Shown here in pieces: positions 15,630-23,944 of a DNA stretch of 32,000 nucleotides. The notes under the pieces were generated by a model. It saw only the letters and a program-made list of their open reading frames with translations. It ran no database searches and was not told where the DNA came from. This DNA comes from Halomicronema hongdechloris C2206. Its GTDB lineage: Bacteria > Cyanobacteriota > Cyanobacteriia > Phormidesmidales > Phormidesmidaceae. Position numbers and translations under genes: made by a program. The DNA lies in NCBI RefSeq assembly GCF_002075285.3, contig NZ_CP021983.2, positions 3,990,001-4,022,000 of the forward strand, read 5' to 3'. Positions within the stretch are counted from its first letter, which is position 1. Each line of letters starts with the position of its first letter.

Positions 15630-15703
15630 GGCGAACGACGGGACTCGAACCCGCGAATGGTGGAACCACAATCCACTGCCTTAACCACTTGGCCACGCTC
15701 GCC
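15630..15703 (-). tRNA. tRNA-His (anticodon GUG) with genomically encoded G-1; CCA not encoded
   Basis: The minus strand reads G-GCGAGCG-TG-GCCAAGTGGTTAAGGC-A-GTGGA-TTGTGGT-TCCAC-CATTC-GCGGG-TTCGAGT-CCCGT-CGTTCGC-C. The acceptor stem has 7 bp (one G-U). The anticodon loop UUGUGGU gives GUG, and G-1 sits opposite the discriminator C73. Confidence 0.9.
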
Positions 15704-15847
15704 GCGATATTGCGTTTCTCACTATAGCATCTTGGTTACAAACTCAGCCATGGCTCCCCAGCAATTGTTAGAGTGACGGTGCTACCGTAGTCACCGATTG
15801 CGGCAGGCGCCCTCGCAAAGGCGGCTATTGCTCCCCAGGAGGGACTC

Positions 15848-16234
15848 ATGGGTAATTTCAAGGTTGGTACTTGGCTCAGCGGCGGCGTTCTGCTGGCTGC
15901 GGCTGCCCTGTTGTTTGTGACAAACCCTGATCAATCCACCTACGAAACCTATGCGGTTAAGCGCCTCAGCACCTACGCCAAGGAAGAGCTCTGCCACGAC
16001 TTACCTGGAACCATTGAGCAATTTTTATCTGAGTCCTGTGAATCTCTAATCGATGAGAATCAGCAGTCCGTTCAAGATGTCATTCGTCAGAGCACGGTCA
16101 CACTCAATTTCGGCTTATTTAGTCTCTATCGGACCCGTTTAGCCGTGCCTGGCGTAGATGTGCTGCCCACCTATGAAGTGGAGACACTGGGCATCTTCAA
16201 TCGATTTTATACCTATCGGGCCGAGCAGCAGTGA
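15848..16234 (+). CDS. DUF4359-like cyanobacterial protein with an N-terminal TM/signal anchor
   Basis: The 128-aa ORF has the N-terminal hydrophobic segment WLSGGVLLAAAALLFV followed by TNPDQSTYETYAV...LYRTRL...LGIFNRFY, which resembles DUF4359 (from memory). Confidence 0.65.
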   Translation: MGNFKVGTWLSGGVLLAAAALLFVTNPDQSTYETYAVKRLSTYAKEELCHDLPGTIEQFLSESCESLIDENQQSVQDVIRQSTVTLNFGLFSLYRTRLAVPGVDVLPTYEVETLGIFNRFYTYRAEQQ

Positions 16235-16475
16235 TGGTGAGTCGTCTGCGCCCAACCCACAACAGACAGATAGTTTGGCGAACGCCAATGATACAGGGGG
16301 CTTTAAAGGATAACAGGGGATGATTTCCCCGGGCAGGTGCTGTCTTCGCTACAGCGGCTTTAATAGGTCTCCTTATAATGGAGGACTTAACGCTAATTTT
16401 GTGCAGTTAGCAAAGGGCTTGCTCACAGGGCCGCTACTGTAGCTCGTCTGCTGTGATGTAACGGGAGGATTTTTC

Positions 16476-17366
16476 GTGCCATCTACCTTACCTACGGCCT
16501 ATCTATTAATTTCTCACGGTAGTCGGGATTTACGCCACCAGACCGCCATGTTTCGGTTAGCCCAGTTAGTGCGAGAGCGCCTGCAATTGCGGCATGGCTA
16601 TCGTCGCTCTAACCGCTCTATTGCCCTAGACAGTAGTGCTCTGGCATCGTTGGCTGGGGGGAACCAGCCCCATCTTTCAGGGCCCCATCTTTCAGGAGTA
16701 GATGCCTATCCCCTATTGGTGGGCACGGCTGCTCTGGAGTGCGGCCTCTTGCCGCTACATCAGCAAATTGCCGAATTTAGTCAGCGGGTACGGCGAACGG
16801 GCATTCGTCGCATCAAGTTGGTGCCGCTATTTCTGTTGCGCGGGGTGCACGTGATGGAGGATATTCCAGCGGAGATAGCTCAGGCAGAGCAGTTGTTAGA
16901 GAATCAGATCCAACTTGAGTTATGTCCTCACTTGGGCAGCCATGGTCAACTCAGCACGCTTCTGGGGCGACGCGCTGCCACTCTGTCGTGCGATCGCACC
17001 CTGCTCCTGGCCCATGGTAGTCGCCGTCCTGGGGGCAATCGCACCGTCGAAGCCATCGCGAAGACGTTGGGTGCCACCGCTGCCTATTGGTCGGTTCCTC
17101 CCGATTTAGAAACTCAAGTCATCGCCCTAATCCAGTCCGGCTGTCAGCGGCTGGCCATTGTTCCTTACTTTCTCTTTGCTGGGGGAACCACTGACGCCAT
17201 CACCCAACTCACGGAAGAGCTGGCCGAGCGGTTTCCTAAAATCACCTTTCGGCTGTTGCCGCCCCTAGGGGCAACCGGTGAACTAGCCGACGTCGTCGTC
17301 AATCTTGTCGATGATCACCACGCTACTCCCCTGGTGCCCTTCTATCGGCTAAGCCGTAGGGCATGA
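16476..17366 (+). CDS. cbiX: sirohydrochlorin chelatase, CbiX/SirB family (two CbiX domains)
   Basis: The 296-aa ORF has two copies of the CbiX signature (YLLISHGSRD; LLLAHGSRRPGGN). The first domain has an internal insertion that contains a PHLSG-PHLSG duplication. The start is GTG. Confidence 0.8.
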   Translation: MPSTLPTAYLLISHGSRDLRHQTAMFRLAQLVRERLQLRHGYRRSNRSIALDSSALASLAGGNQPHLSGPHLSGVDAYPLLVGTAALECGLLPLHQQIAEFSQRVRRTGIRRIKLVPLFLLRGVHVMEDIPAEIAQAEQLLENQIQLELCPHLGSHGQLSTLLGRRAATLSCDRTLLLAHGSRRPGGNRTVEAIAKTLGATAAYWSVPPDLETQVIALIQSGCQRLAIVPYFLFAGGTTDAITQLTEELAERFPKITFRLLPPLGATGELADVVVNLVDDHHATPLVPFYRLSRRA

Positions 17367-18184
17367 TAGATGAATCTGCGTTTCCCGCCTTTCCCGTCAT
17401 GATGCCAGTAATGTCTGAACCTATCCTAGGCAAAGTCTATTTAGTGGGAGCCGGTCCAGGGGACCCAGGGCTCTTTACCCTGAAGGGCAAAACCCTGCTA
17501 GAGTGCGCCGACGTCGTCATCTACGATGCCCTGGTTAGCCCCCCCATTTTGGCCATGGTGAATCCCCAGGCAGAACGGATCGGGGCCGGTAAGCGTCGAG
17601 GTCGCCACTCCATGCGCCAACCAGAGATCACCAAGCTTTTGATTGAGAAAGCTCGCCAGCACGCAGTGGTGGTTCGCCTTAAGGGAGGGGACCCCTTCGT
17701 ATTTGGCCGCGGCGGTGAAGAAATGGCCGATCTAGTGGCCGCAGGCGTTGCTGTCGAGGTCGTCCCCGGTATCACGGCAGGAGTAGCCGTGCCTGCCTAC
17801 GCTGGAATTCCCCTAACCCATCGTGGCTATAGCTCATCGGTGGTATTTGTGACTGGCCATGAAGCGGCGGGTAAATATCGTCCCGATATCAATTGGCAGG
17901 CCATCGCCCAAGGGGCAGAGACCATTGTCATTTACATGGGGATCCATAACCTAGGCAATATCGTGAATGCCCTGCAGACCGCTGGCCTTGCCCCAAATAC
18001 TCCAGTGGCCCTAGTCCGTTGGGGCACCCGGCCAGAGCAGCGTGAGCTAACCGGCACCCTCAGCACCATCTTAGAAACCATGGAGGCCACTAACTTTCAG
18101 GCTCCAGCCATCGCCGTCATTGGTCGAGTGGTGGCCTTACATGATGTCCTATCGGCCTGTCGCCCCCTACCTTTACCCTCCTGA
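17363..18184 (+). CDS. cobA: uroporphyrinogen-III C-methyltransferase
   Basis: Motifs VYLVGAGPGDPGLFTLKG, VVRLKGGDPFVFGRGGEE and VPGITAG. An ATGA start/stop overlap with cbiX (17363-17366) suggests translational coupling. Internal ATGs near 17399-17411 are alternative starts. Confidence 0.9.
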   Translation: MIDESAFPAFPVMMPVMSEPILGKVYLVGAGPGDPGLFTLKGKTLLECADVVIYDALVSPPILAMVNPQAERIGAGKRRGRHSMRQPEITKLLIEKARQHAVVVRLKGGDPFVFGRGGEEMADLVAAGVAVEVVPGITAGVAVPAYAGIPLTHRGYSSSVVFVTGHEAAGKYRPDINWQAIAQGAETIVIYMGIHNLGNIVNALQTAGLAPNTPVALVRWGTRPEQRELTGTLSTILETMEATNFQAPAIAVIGRVVALHDVLSACRPLPLPS

Positions 18185-18279
18185 GCATCATCTCCCATAG
18201 ACAGTAGGTCGGATTGGGTATGAGTTGCTAGGATAGGACTTGGTAAAGCATTTCCTGTTGACAGTTTAAATTTCAGTCT

Positions 18280-18843
18280 ATGACGGCCACCATTCAGGTT
18301 GAGAAGACAAAGCTCAAGCGCCCCCCCCTAGATATTCACGTGCTCGGCGACCGAGTCCTGCGACAGTCTGCTAAGCGTGTGTCCAAGGTGGACGACAACA
18401 CTCGGCAACTGGTGCGTGACATGCTGCAAACCATGTACAGTGCCGATGGTATTGGCCTGGCCGCCCCTCAGGTCGCCGTCCACAAGCAGCTACTCGTCAT
18501 CGATGTCGAACCTGACAATGCGGCTCGTCCCCCATTAGTCTTAATCAATCCCAAGATTATTCGCCACAGTAAGGAGCTAACCGTTGGCCAGGAAGGGTGC
18601 CTGAGCATCCCTGGAGTCTTTCTCGATGTGGTGCGCCCAGCAGCCATCGAAGTGGCCTACAAAGACGAATATGGTCGTCCCCAAAAGCGGCAAGTCAGTG
18701 ATTTACTGGCTCGTTGTATTCAGCACGAAATGGATCACCTAGGCGGTATCATGTTTGTTGATCGGGTCGACAATGCTCTAGCCCTGAATCAAGAGCTGCA
18801 AAAGCACGGATTTTCGGCAAAAGACGTGCAGGTCATTACCTGA
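18280..18843 (+). CDS. def: peptide deformylase
   Basis: All three Def motifs are present: GIGLAAPQV, EGCLSIPG and QHEMDHLGG. Confidence 0.95.
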   Translation: MTATIQVEKTKLKRPPLDIHVLGDRVLRQSAKRVSKVDDNTRQLVRDMLQTMYSADGIGLAAPQVAVHKQLLVIDVEPDNAARPPLVLINPKIIRHSKELTVGQEGCLSIPGVFLDVVRPAAIEVAYKDEYGRPQKRQVSDLLARCIQHEMDHLGGIMFVDRVDNALALNQELQKHGFSAKDVQVIT

Positions 18844-18909
18844 GCACGGTAAGTCTTGCTGATGTAAGGCCCATGCATCGGCAATTTATAGCGTTGCGGT
18901 AATAAGGAG

Positions 18910-19113
18910 TTGGCTGTGACCCTAAAAAGTGGTGTGCTAATTGCAGGTTCGTGTTTGGCTGCGATCGCATCGGTCGGGTCTGTATTTGAATTGTCGTCGG
19001 GGCAACCCGATTGGGGCGTCGGGCCAACCCGATTGATCCTGGGTTTCTGTGTTCCCTTAGTGGTCATCTGCTTCTATGCTGCCGTGCAGAATGCTCGGGC
19101 CAATCAGAAATAA
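18910..19113 (+). CDS. hypothetical small membrane protein (about 65 aa)
   Basis: Two hydrophobic helices (VLIAGSCLAAIASVGSVF; LILGFCVPLVVICFYAAV). A Shine-Dalgarno-like AAGGAG at 18904-18909 favours GTG at 18916 over the track start TTG at 18910. Confidence 0.45.
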   Translation: MAVTLKSGVLIAGSCLAAIASVGSVFELSSGQPDWGVGPTRLILGFCVPLVVICFYAAVQNARANQK

Positions 19114-19148
19114 ATCATGCAATCATCTCCACGTCCAGATCTAGAGTG

Positions 19149-19190
19149 GTATCCAGGGGGTGACTCCAGCTCTCAAGCTGGACTGGATAC
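19149..19190. terminator. nested hairpin between convergent genes (possible bidirectional terminator; no U-tract)
   Basis: GTATCCAG (19149-19156) pairs with CTGGATAC (19183-19190). The inner stem is TCCAGC (19165-19170) with GCTGGA (19177-19182). Confidence 0.3.
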
Positions 19191-19199
19191 AGTGCCTGC

Positions 19200-20057
19200 T
19201 TAGACCCCATCTACCCCCGTACATAGGGAAGACAGCTGCTGGCAGCACTGCTGAAAGGCTATCTGGCCCTGGTGGATGATGGCTGAGGGAAGTGTTTGCT
19301 GGAGAGGCCGCTGGATACGGACGATCCGACCGGCAGTGATATTGCCCTCCGAGTCGCCCACTCCCCGTTGGCCAGTCGTTTTCAGCACCTCATACCGTTC
19401 CGAAAACCCTGTCGGGGTCTGCAGCACCCGTTGCAGGGCCACAAAGACTGCATCGGTACGGTGAATCAAATCAGCGTGGGTGAGCAATAGCATGCGGTGC
19501 GTATCGTTGATCAGGCGACCGTACTCTACCAATGTGGCCAGCCGTTCTTGGTAGTAGGCTAAAACCTGCTCTGGGGACAAATGGGCCTTCAAGGCTAGAA
19601 TGCTGGCCAAGCTGCGCTGCGGCTCCCGCAGCAGAAATAGGGCATACACCTGGGATGAACAGAGGATCTGGCCGTCGAGAATTTTGTTGGTGTGCAGGAG
19701 CTTATCCATGACATAGTCATGGGGCATGCACAGATTGCCTAAATCCTGCAGGGTGCGGAATTCTTGGCCCCGCCAATAGACTCGTTGCAGTAGACGCTTG
19801 AAATCGGCCTCGGTTCGATACTTGAGGTGGGTTTCCCCGTAGCCTAAAATGGCTGGGTTGGCATTGAGAATATGGGTCAGCAGCGAGGAGCCCGAACGCA
19901 TGTGCCCCAGTACCAGCAAGATTTTATAGGGGCGCCCTCGGCCCAGCACTCGATAGGGATCTGGATTTCCCTGAATGCGCCAGCGAAAATAACGCTGCAC
20001 CACCTCATTCTTGCCCCGGCGGAGCTGTTCTCGCGGGGGGTGTACCTCTAGTACCAT
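19200..20057 (-). CDS. sulfotransferase family protein (285 aa from ATG 20057)
   Basis: PAPS-binding 5-prime-PSB-like loop ILLVLGHMRSGSSLLTHIL and 3-prime-PB-like FLLREPQRSLASI. The track ORF extends to 20345, but its first 96 aa are Arg/Pro/Ser-rich and overlap the upstream gene. The ATG at 20057 overlaps the upstream stop (20048-20050) by 10 nt. Confidence 0.8.
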   Translation of the reverse strand: MVLEVHPPREQLRRGKNEVVQRYFRWRIQGNPDPYRVLGRGRPYKILLVLGHMRSGSSLLTHILNANPAILGYGETHLKYRTEADFKRLLQRVYWRGQEFRTLQDLGNLCMPHDYVMDKLLHTNKILDGQILCSSQVYALFLLREPQRSLASILALKAHLSPEQVLAYYQERLATLVEYGRLINDTHRMLLLTHADLIHRTDAVFVALQRVLQTPTGFSERYEVLKTTGQRGVGDSEGNITAGRIVRIQRPLQQTLPSAIIHQGQIAFQQCCQQLSSLCTGVDGV

Positions 20058-21046
20058 AGTTCTGGTTTGAGATCGTAATAGCCAGCCTGCTCCGGCGGGT
20101 ACTGGCCTGCTTCCACCCGGCGGATAATATCGGGCAGGGCTGCAATGAAGGCAGGCCCTCGGGCGACGGGATGAACCGTCCAGGCTAGGGGAGAGGCCAG
20201 GGTGGCGCGGACATAGGCAGTTTGCTCTAACTGGCGAGAGACCATGACTTCCCAGGAATCGAGGGCACCGCGGCCGGTGAGATTGTGGAGCCAGGTAAGC
20301 AGAGAGGCGGGGCCGTGGCGCAACCAAGCGCGCCGATAGCGACACCAGAGGATGGGCAGGGGCAATAGGGATTCAAACTTGCGCCGCTGCAGCAGATATA
20401 CCCGGCTGCCAAAGAACTTGAAGCGGTAAAACCCTGCCGGATCTGGCTCGAAAGGCACCCGTTGGTGTAAAGCCCCGTCCGGGTGGGGCGGACCGGAGAG
20501 GGGCCGCACGAACATCACCTCTGGGCGCCGTTGCAGCAACTGAATCGCCTCCCTGATCCAACTGTGGTCAGGGTGCTGGTAGAGCAGCATGTCGCTGTCG
20601 AAGTGGAGAACATAGTCTCCCGGGACCTTCTCTAGGGAAAAGATGGTGCCCAAAATCGGGTAGCCCTTGTAGTTGTGGGTGGGCTGCAGATAGCGACTGC
20701 CGAAGTGCTTCTGATAGAGGCGGCGGCGATAGGCGGGGCTGTAGTCCATCTCGATCACCTCATCCATCACCCCGTCGTGGATCAACTGCTGGCAATGGTC
20801 TCGCAATTGCTCTAGGGTGCCGATGCCGGGGCGACCCACCTTATCCCCCGACAGGGGGGCGGTGTCCATCACGAGTATCCGGCGCTGAAAGGGAAACCGG
20901 CACATGCGCACCAGATGGGGCAAGGTCTGCATTATGAAGGGGATATCGGTGCGGGCCACCATGATCGAGAGGGTACAGCTTGGTGGTGCGATAGCAGCGG
21001 TATCCATCGGGTCAGCAGCAGTCATTGGGGTTGGCGTTGGCATCAT
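20048..21046 (-). CDS. uncharacterised protein with GT-A-like features (DXD motif); possible glycosyltransferase
   Basis: The 332-aa ORF has a beta-strand-like start TLSIMVARTDIPF, which resembles the opening of a GT2 domain. It also has HFDSDML (DXD) and is Arg/Trp-rich. I recognise no named family. It is translationally coupled to the sulfotransferase. Confidence 0.6.
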   Translation of the reverse strand: MMPTPTPMTAADPMDTAAIAPPSCTLSIMVARTDIPFIMQTLPHLVRMCRFPFQRRILVMDTAPLSGDKVGRPGIGTLEQLRDHCQQLIHDGVMDEVIEMDYSPAYRRRLYQKHFGSRYLQPTHNYKGYPILGTIFSLEKVPGDYVLHFDSDMLLYQHPDHSWIREAIQLLQRRPEVMFVRPLSGPPHPDGALHQRVPFEPDPAGFYRFKFFGSRVYLLQRRKFESLLPLPILWCRYRRAWLRHGPASLLTWLHNLTGRGALDSWEVMVSRQLEQTAYVRATLASPLAWTVHPVARGPAFIAALPDIIRRVEAGQYPPEQAGYYDLKPELWY

Positions 21047-21126
21047 ACCCTAAGTCGCTCTATCTATGACGCTGATCCAGGAGCAGTTGAGCCTGGCTAG
21101 CCTTAGGCACTAGTCTGCCCGGGGAC

Positions 21127-21140
21127 CAGAATCGATTCTG
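21127..21140. promoter_or_regulatory. perfect 14-bp palindrome CAGAATCGATTCTG in the divergent promoter region (candidate operator)
   Basis: Read directly from the sequence. It lies between the minus-strand start at 21046 and the plus-strand start at 21313. A related imperfect site CAGAATCGCTATTCT is at 4482-4496. Confidence 0.3.
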
Positions 21141-21312
21141 ACCTAGGACCGCTCCCTTTATGGCAACTTGATAGTTCCTTAGTCTAGCCCCCATACTCTG
21201 AGGGCAGTCCCTCGATTAGGCTGGGGAAGACCATCGGCGTGGGCAAGCTCATCCTTAGACTGCCCGAATGGGGTACTGTCCTACCAAGGGCTCTGTTGCA
21301 TCGGCTCAGATC

Positions 21313-22492
21313 ATGCGAATTCTCGTGGCCAGCCATACCTATATCGTTGACCTCAACTGTGAGAAGCTGAGGGCATTGGCCCAGTTAAGCCCGGATGTCG
21401 AGGTGACGGTGGTCGTGCCCCGGCGTTGGCGCCCCGGCGGGGTGCAGAATCGCATTATCGAGCCCCCCGCCCTAGAGGACGGAGCGTTTCGGCGGGTGCC
21501 GGTGGCCAATTTCAGCCAGAACAATCAGGGGGCACTCACGTTCGGCGCCGAGCTGATCGGCTGGCTCCGGCGGGTGCGGCCCCAGATCATTCACGTGGAA
21601 CAGGGGGCCAAAGGACTAGCCTACACCCAGATGATTACCCTCAATGGTCTCTTGGGCCTAGGGGCTAAAAATGTGTTCTTTACCTGGTGGAATTTGCCCT
21701 ATGACCTGAAATTCCCGGTGTCCTGGCTAGAGGCGTACAATCTGCACTTTACTCACGGGGCCATTGCCGGCAACCAAGACGGGGCTGATATCTTGCGACA
21801 ACGGGGCTATGGTGGCCCTATCCGGGTGATGCCCCAATTGGGCATCGATGAGGGGCTATTTCGCCCCCAACCCCAGCCGCAGCTGGCCCAGAAGCTGGGG
21901 ATTCGGCCGCAGGAGTTCGTGGTCGGATTCGTGGGCCGGTTTGTGGCGGAGAAGGGCTTGTTTACCCTGGGAGAGGCCCTGGCATCTCTGCGATCGCATC
22001 CTCGCCCCTGGAAATGGCTGTTGCTGGGCCGGGGGGAGCTGAAGCAGCCCCTAATGGATCAGGCCGAGGCGGCTGGCATCTGCGATCGCATGATCTGGGT
22101 GGAGAGCGTCCCCCACGATGAGGTGCCCAACTATATCAATCTCATGGATACTCTGGTATTGCCCTCCGAAACCACCCATGGCTTCAAAACTATGACCTCG
22201 GTGGGGTGGAAGGAGCAGTTCGGTCATGTCTTGATTCGAGGCCATGGCTTGCCGAGTGCCGATCATTGGCTCCGACTCCGGGGAAATTCCCCATGTGATT
22301 CAATCGGCGGGGATGGTGTTTGCCGAGGGCCAGGCTGCGGCCCTGGCCGCCTGCCTGCGCCAGCTGATGGAGCAGCCCCAGCTAGCCGCAGACCTGGCCC
22401 AACAAGGCTACGATCGCGCCCTGAGTCATTACACCAATCGGGCCTTGGCCCAGCAGCAGTTGGACTTTTACCAGGAACTGCTGCAGTCATAG
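21313..22492 (+). pseudogene. glycosyltransferase family 4 (GT-B) gene interrupted by a +1 frameshift near 22237 (or a sequencing error)
   Basis: The N-terminal frame (MRILVASHTYIVDLN...GFVGRFVAEKG...KEQFGHVLI) continues sensibly only in the frame of ORF 22244..22492 ([21 protein letters not shown]...), which restores the GT4 motif [12 protein letters not shown].IGS. Removing one C from ATTCGAGGCC (22234-22243) restores the frame. The in-frame continuation in the track (RGHGLPSADHWLRLRG...) is junk. Confidence 0.75.
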
Positions 22493-22541
22493 GCCATAGG
22501 CCTTGAGAGCCCCCCACTTCGTTAGCCGTCAGGAGCACGCC

Positions 22542-23780
22542 GTGAACCGCCCGAATCGAGACCAGCCCTCTGCAGCATCCCCCCTGCGGGTCTTGCAAAT
22601 CGTCCCTTCCATTTCCCTGGTGTATGGGGGACCCAGCCAGATGGTGCGAGGCTTTTCGGCGGCGTTAGGGGCGGCGGGGGCGGCGGTGACGGTGCTCACC
22701 ACTGACGCCAATGGAGACGTTGGCCAGCCTCCGTTGGCAGTGCCGCTGAACCAGCCGGTGCCTGAGGACGGCTATACAATCTGGTATTTTCACTGCTCTC
22801 CCTGGCGCCGTTATAAGTTTTCCCTGGGGCTATTGCAGTGGTTGGCCCGCCACAGCCAAGATTACGACATTGCCCATGTCCATGCCCTGTTTTCCCCCGT
22901 GAGCACGGCGGCAGCCACGGTGGCTCGCTGGCGGGGACTGCCCTATCTACTGCGGCCCCTCGGCACCCTGGATCCGGCTGATCTACGCAAGAAGCAACAG
23001 CTGAAGCGGCTCTATGGCTACCTATTGGAGCGGCCTAATCTGGCCGGGGCCGCCGCAGTCCATTTCACCAGCCAGCCAGAGGCCGACGTCTCGGAACGGT
23101 TTGGCACCCATGCCCAGGAGGTGGTGATTCCCCTGGGCGTGACGCCGCCGACCACCTTGTCTCCAGAGGCGGTGCAGGAGATGTGCGATCGCAACGCCAT
23201 TCCCCCAGATCGGCCCCGCCTCCTCTACATGTCCCGTCTCGATCCCAAAAAGGGCCTAGACCTGTTGCTCCCCGCTCTAGAGCAACTGCTGCGACACAGC
23301 ATCCCATTTCATTTCATTCTCTGCGGAGCTAATCCCCAGGATCCTGGCTACGAGCACTCAATTCGACAGTGGATTCAGCACTCTCCCCTGGCCCAGCGGA
23401 CAACTATCACCGGCTTTGTCTCCGGAGACGAAAAGGCTGCCTTGCTGCAAGCAGCCGATGTGTTTGTATTGCCCTCCTACTATGAAAACTTTGGCATTGC
23501 CGTGGCCGAAGCCATGATGGCCGGTAACCCCGTGGTGATCACCCGGGGAGTCTATATCTGGCCAGATATCCAACAGGCAGAAGCCGGTTGGCTCTGTGAT
23601 GGCACCGCCGAGTCTCTGGCTCAGGTCCTCACCCAGGCCCTAGGTGACCCCCTAGAGCGCCAACGGCGAGGACAACAGGCTCAAACCCTAGCCAATCAAC
23701 GCTATAGCTGGGATGCAATCGCCCAGCAGACTCTCCAGATCTATTACCAATTGCTCTACCGGCCACACGAGTCCTGGTAA
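22542..23780 (+). CDS. glycosyltransferase family 4 (GT-B)
   Basis: LRVLQIVPSISLVYGGPSQMV at the N-terminus, and PSYYENFGIAVAEAMMAGNPVVIT (the E-X7-E region) at the C-terminus. I prefer the GTG at 22542, preceded by AGGAG (22531-22535), over the track start TTG at 22503. Confidence 0.85.
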   Translation: MNRPNRDQPSAASPLRVLQIVPSISLVYGGPSQMVRGFSAALGAAGAAVTVLTTDANGDVGQPPLAVPLNQPVPEDGYTIWYFHCSPWRRYKFSLGLLQWLARHSQDYDIAHVHALFSPVSTAAATVARWRGLPYLLRPLGTLDPADLRKKQQLKRLYGYLLERPNLAGAAAVHFTSQPEADVSERFGTHAQEVVIPLGVTPPTTLSPEAVQEMCDRNAIPPDRPRLLYMSRLDPKKGLDLLLPALEQLLRHSIPFHFILCGANPQDPGYEHSIRQWIQHSPLAQRTTITGFVSGDEKAALLQAADVFVLPSYYENFGIAVAEAMMAGNPVVITRGVYIWPDIQQAEAGWLCDGTAESLAQVLTQALGDPLERQRRGQQAQTLANQRYSWDAIAQQTLQIYYQLLYRPHESW

Positions 23781-23944
23781 ACTGGGTCCAAGCCTAGGCT
23801 GAGAGACTGCCCTAGGGGCCCTTAACCGATCTCGGACTCGTTTCGTGTCAGAGGAGGAGTATACGAGGGCAAACCAGTTGCATCGACATTTCCCCTTACA
23901 ATAGAAGCTCACGCTTTAACCCTTGTCCTAGCAGCAGTTCTACC

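Noticed and set aside
15085-15684. Track ORFs 15085..15414 (-), 15116..15418 (+) and 15496..15684 (+).
   Set aside because: The first two are alternative-frame shadows of the hsdR remnant, whose true homologous frames I translated separately. The third overlaps the tRNA-His gene.
16235-16475. A cobalamin riboswitch upstream of cbiX-cobA.
   Set aside because: Small hairpins are present (GGGGA-N5-TCCCC; GCTGT-N7-ACAGC), but there is no B12 box (..AGYCMGGAGACCKGCC..) in the plus orientation. The only ACCTGCC-like string is on the wrong strand.
20058-20345. The N-terminal 96-aa extension of the sulfotransferase ORF (the track start at 20345).
   Set aside because: The extension is Arg/Pro/Ser/Cys-rich and lies entirely inside the C-terminal coding region of the upstream 332-aa gene. 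The internal ATG at 20057 gives a canonical sulfotransferase length and a 10-nt coupled overlap.
22263-22598. The 111-aa minus-strand ORF, and the long out-of-frame tail of ORF 21268..22506.
   Set aside because: Both are by-products of the GC-rich GT4 coding sequence and its frameshift, with Gly/Pro/Arg-rich junk composition.
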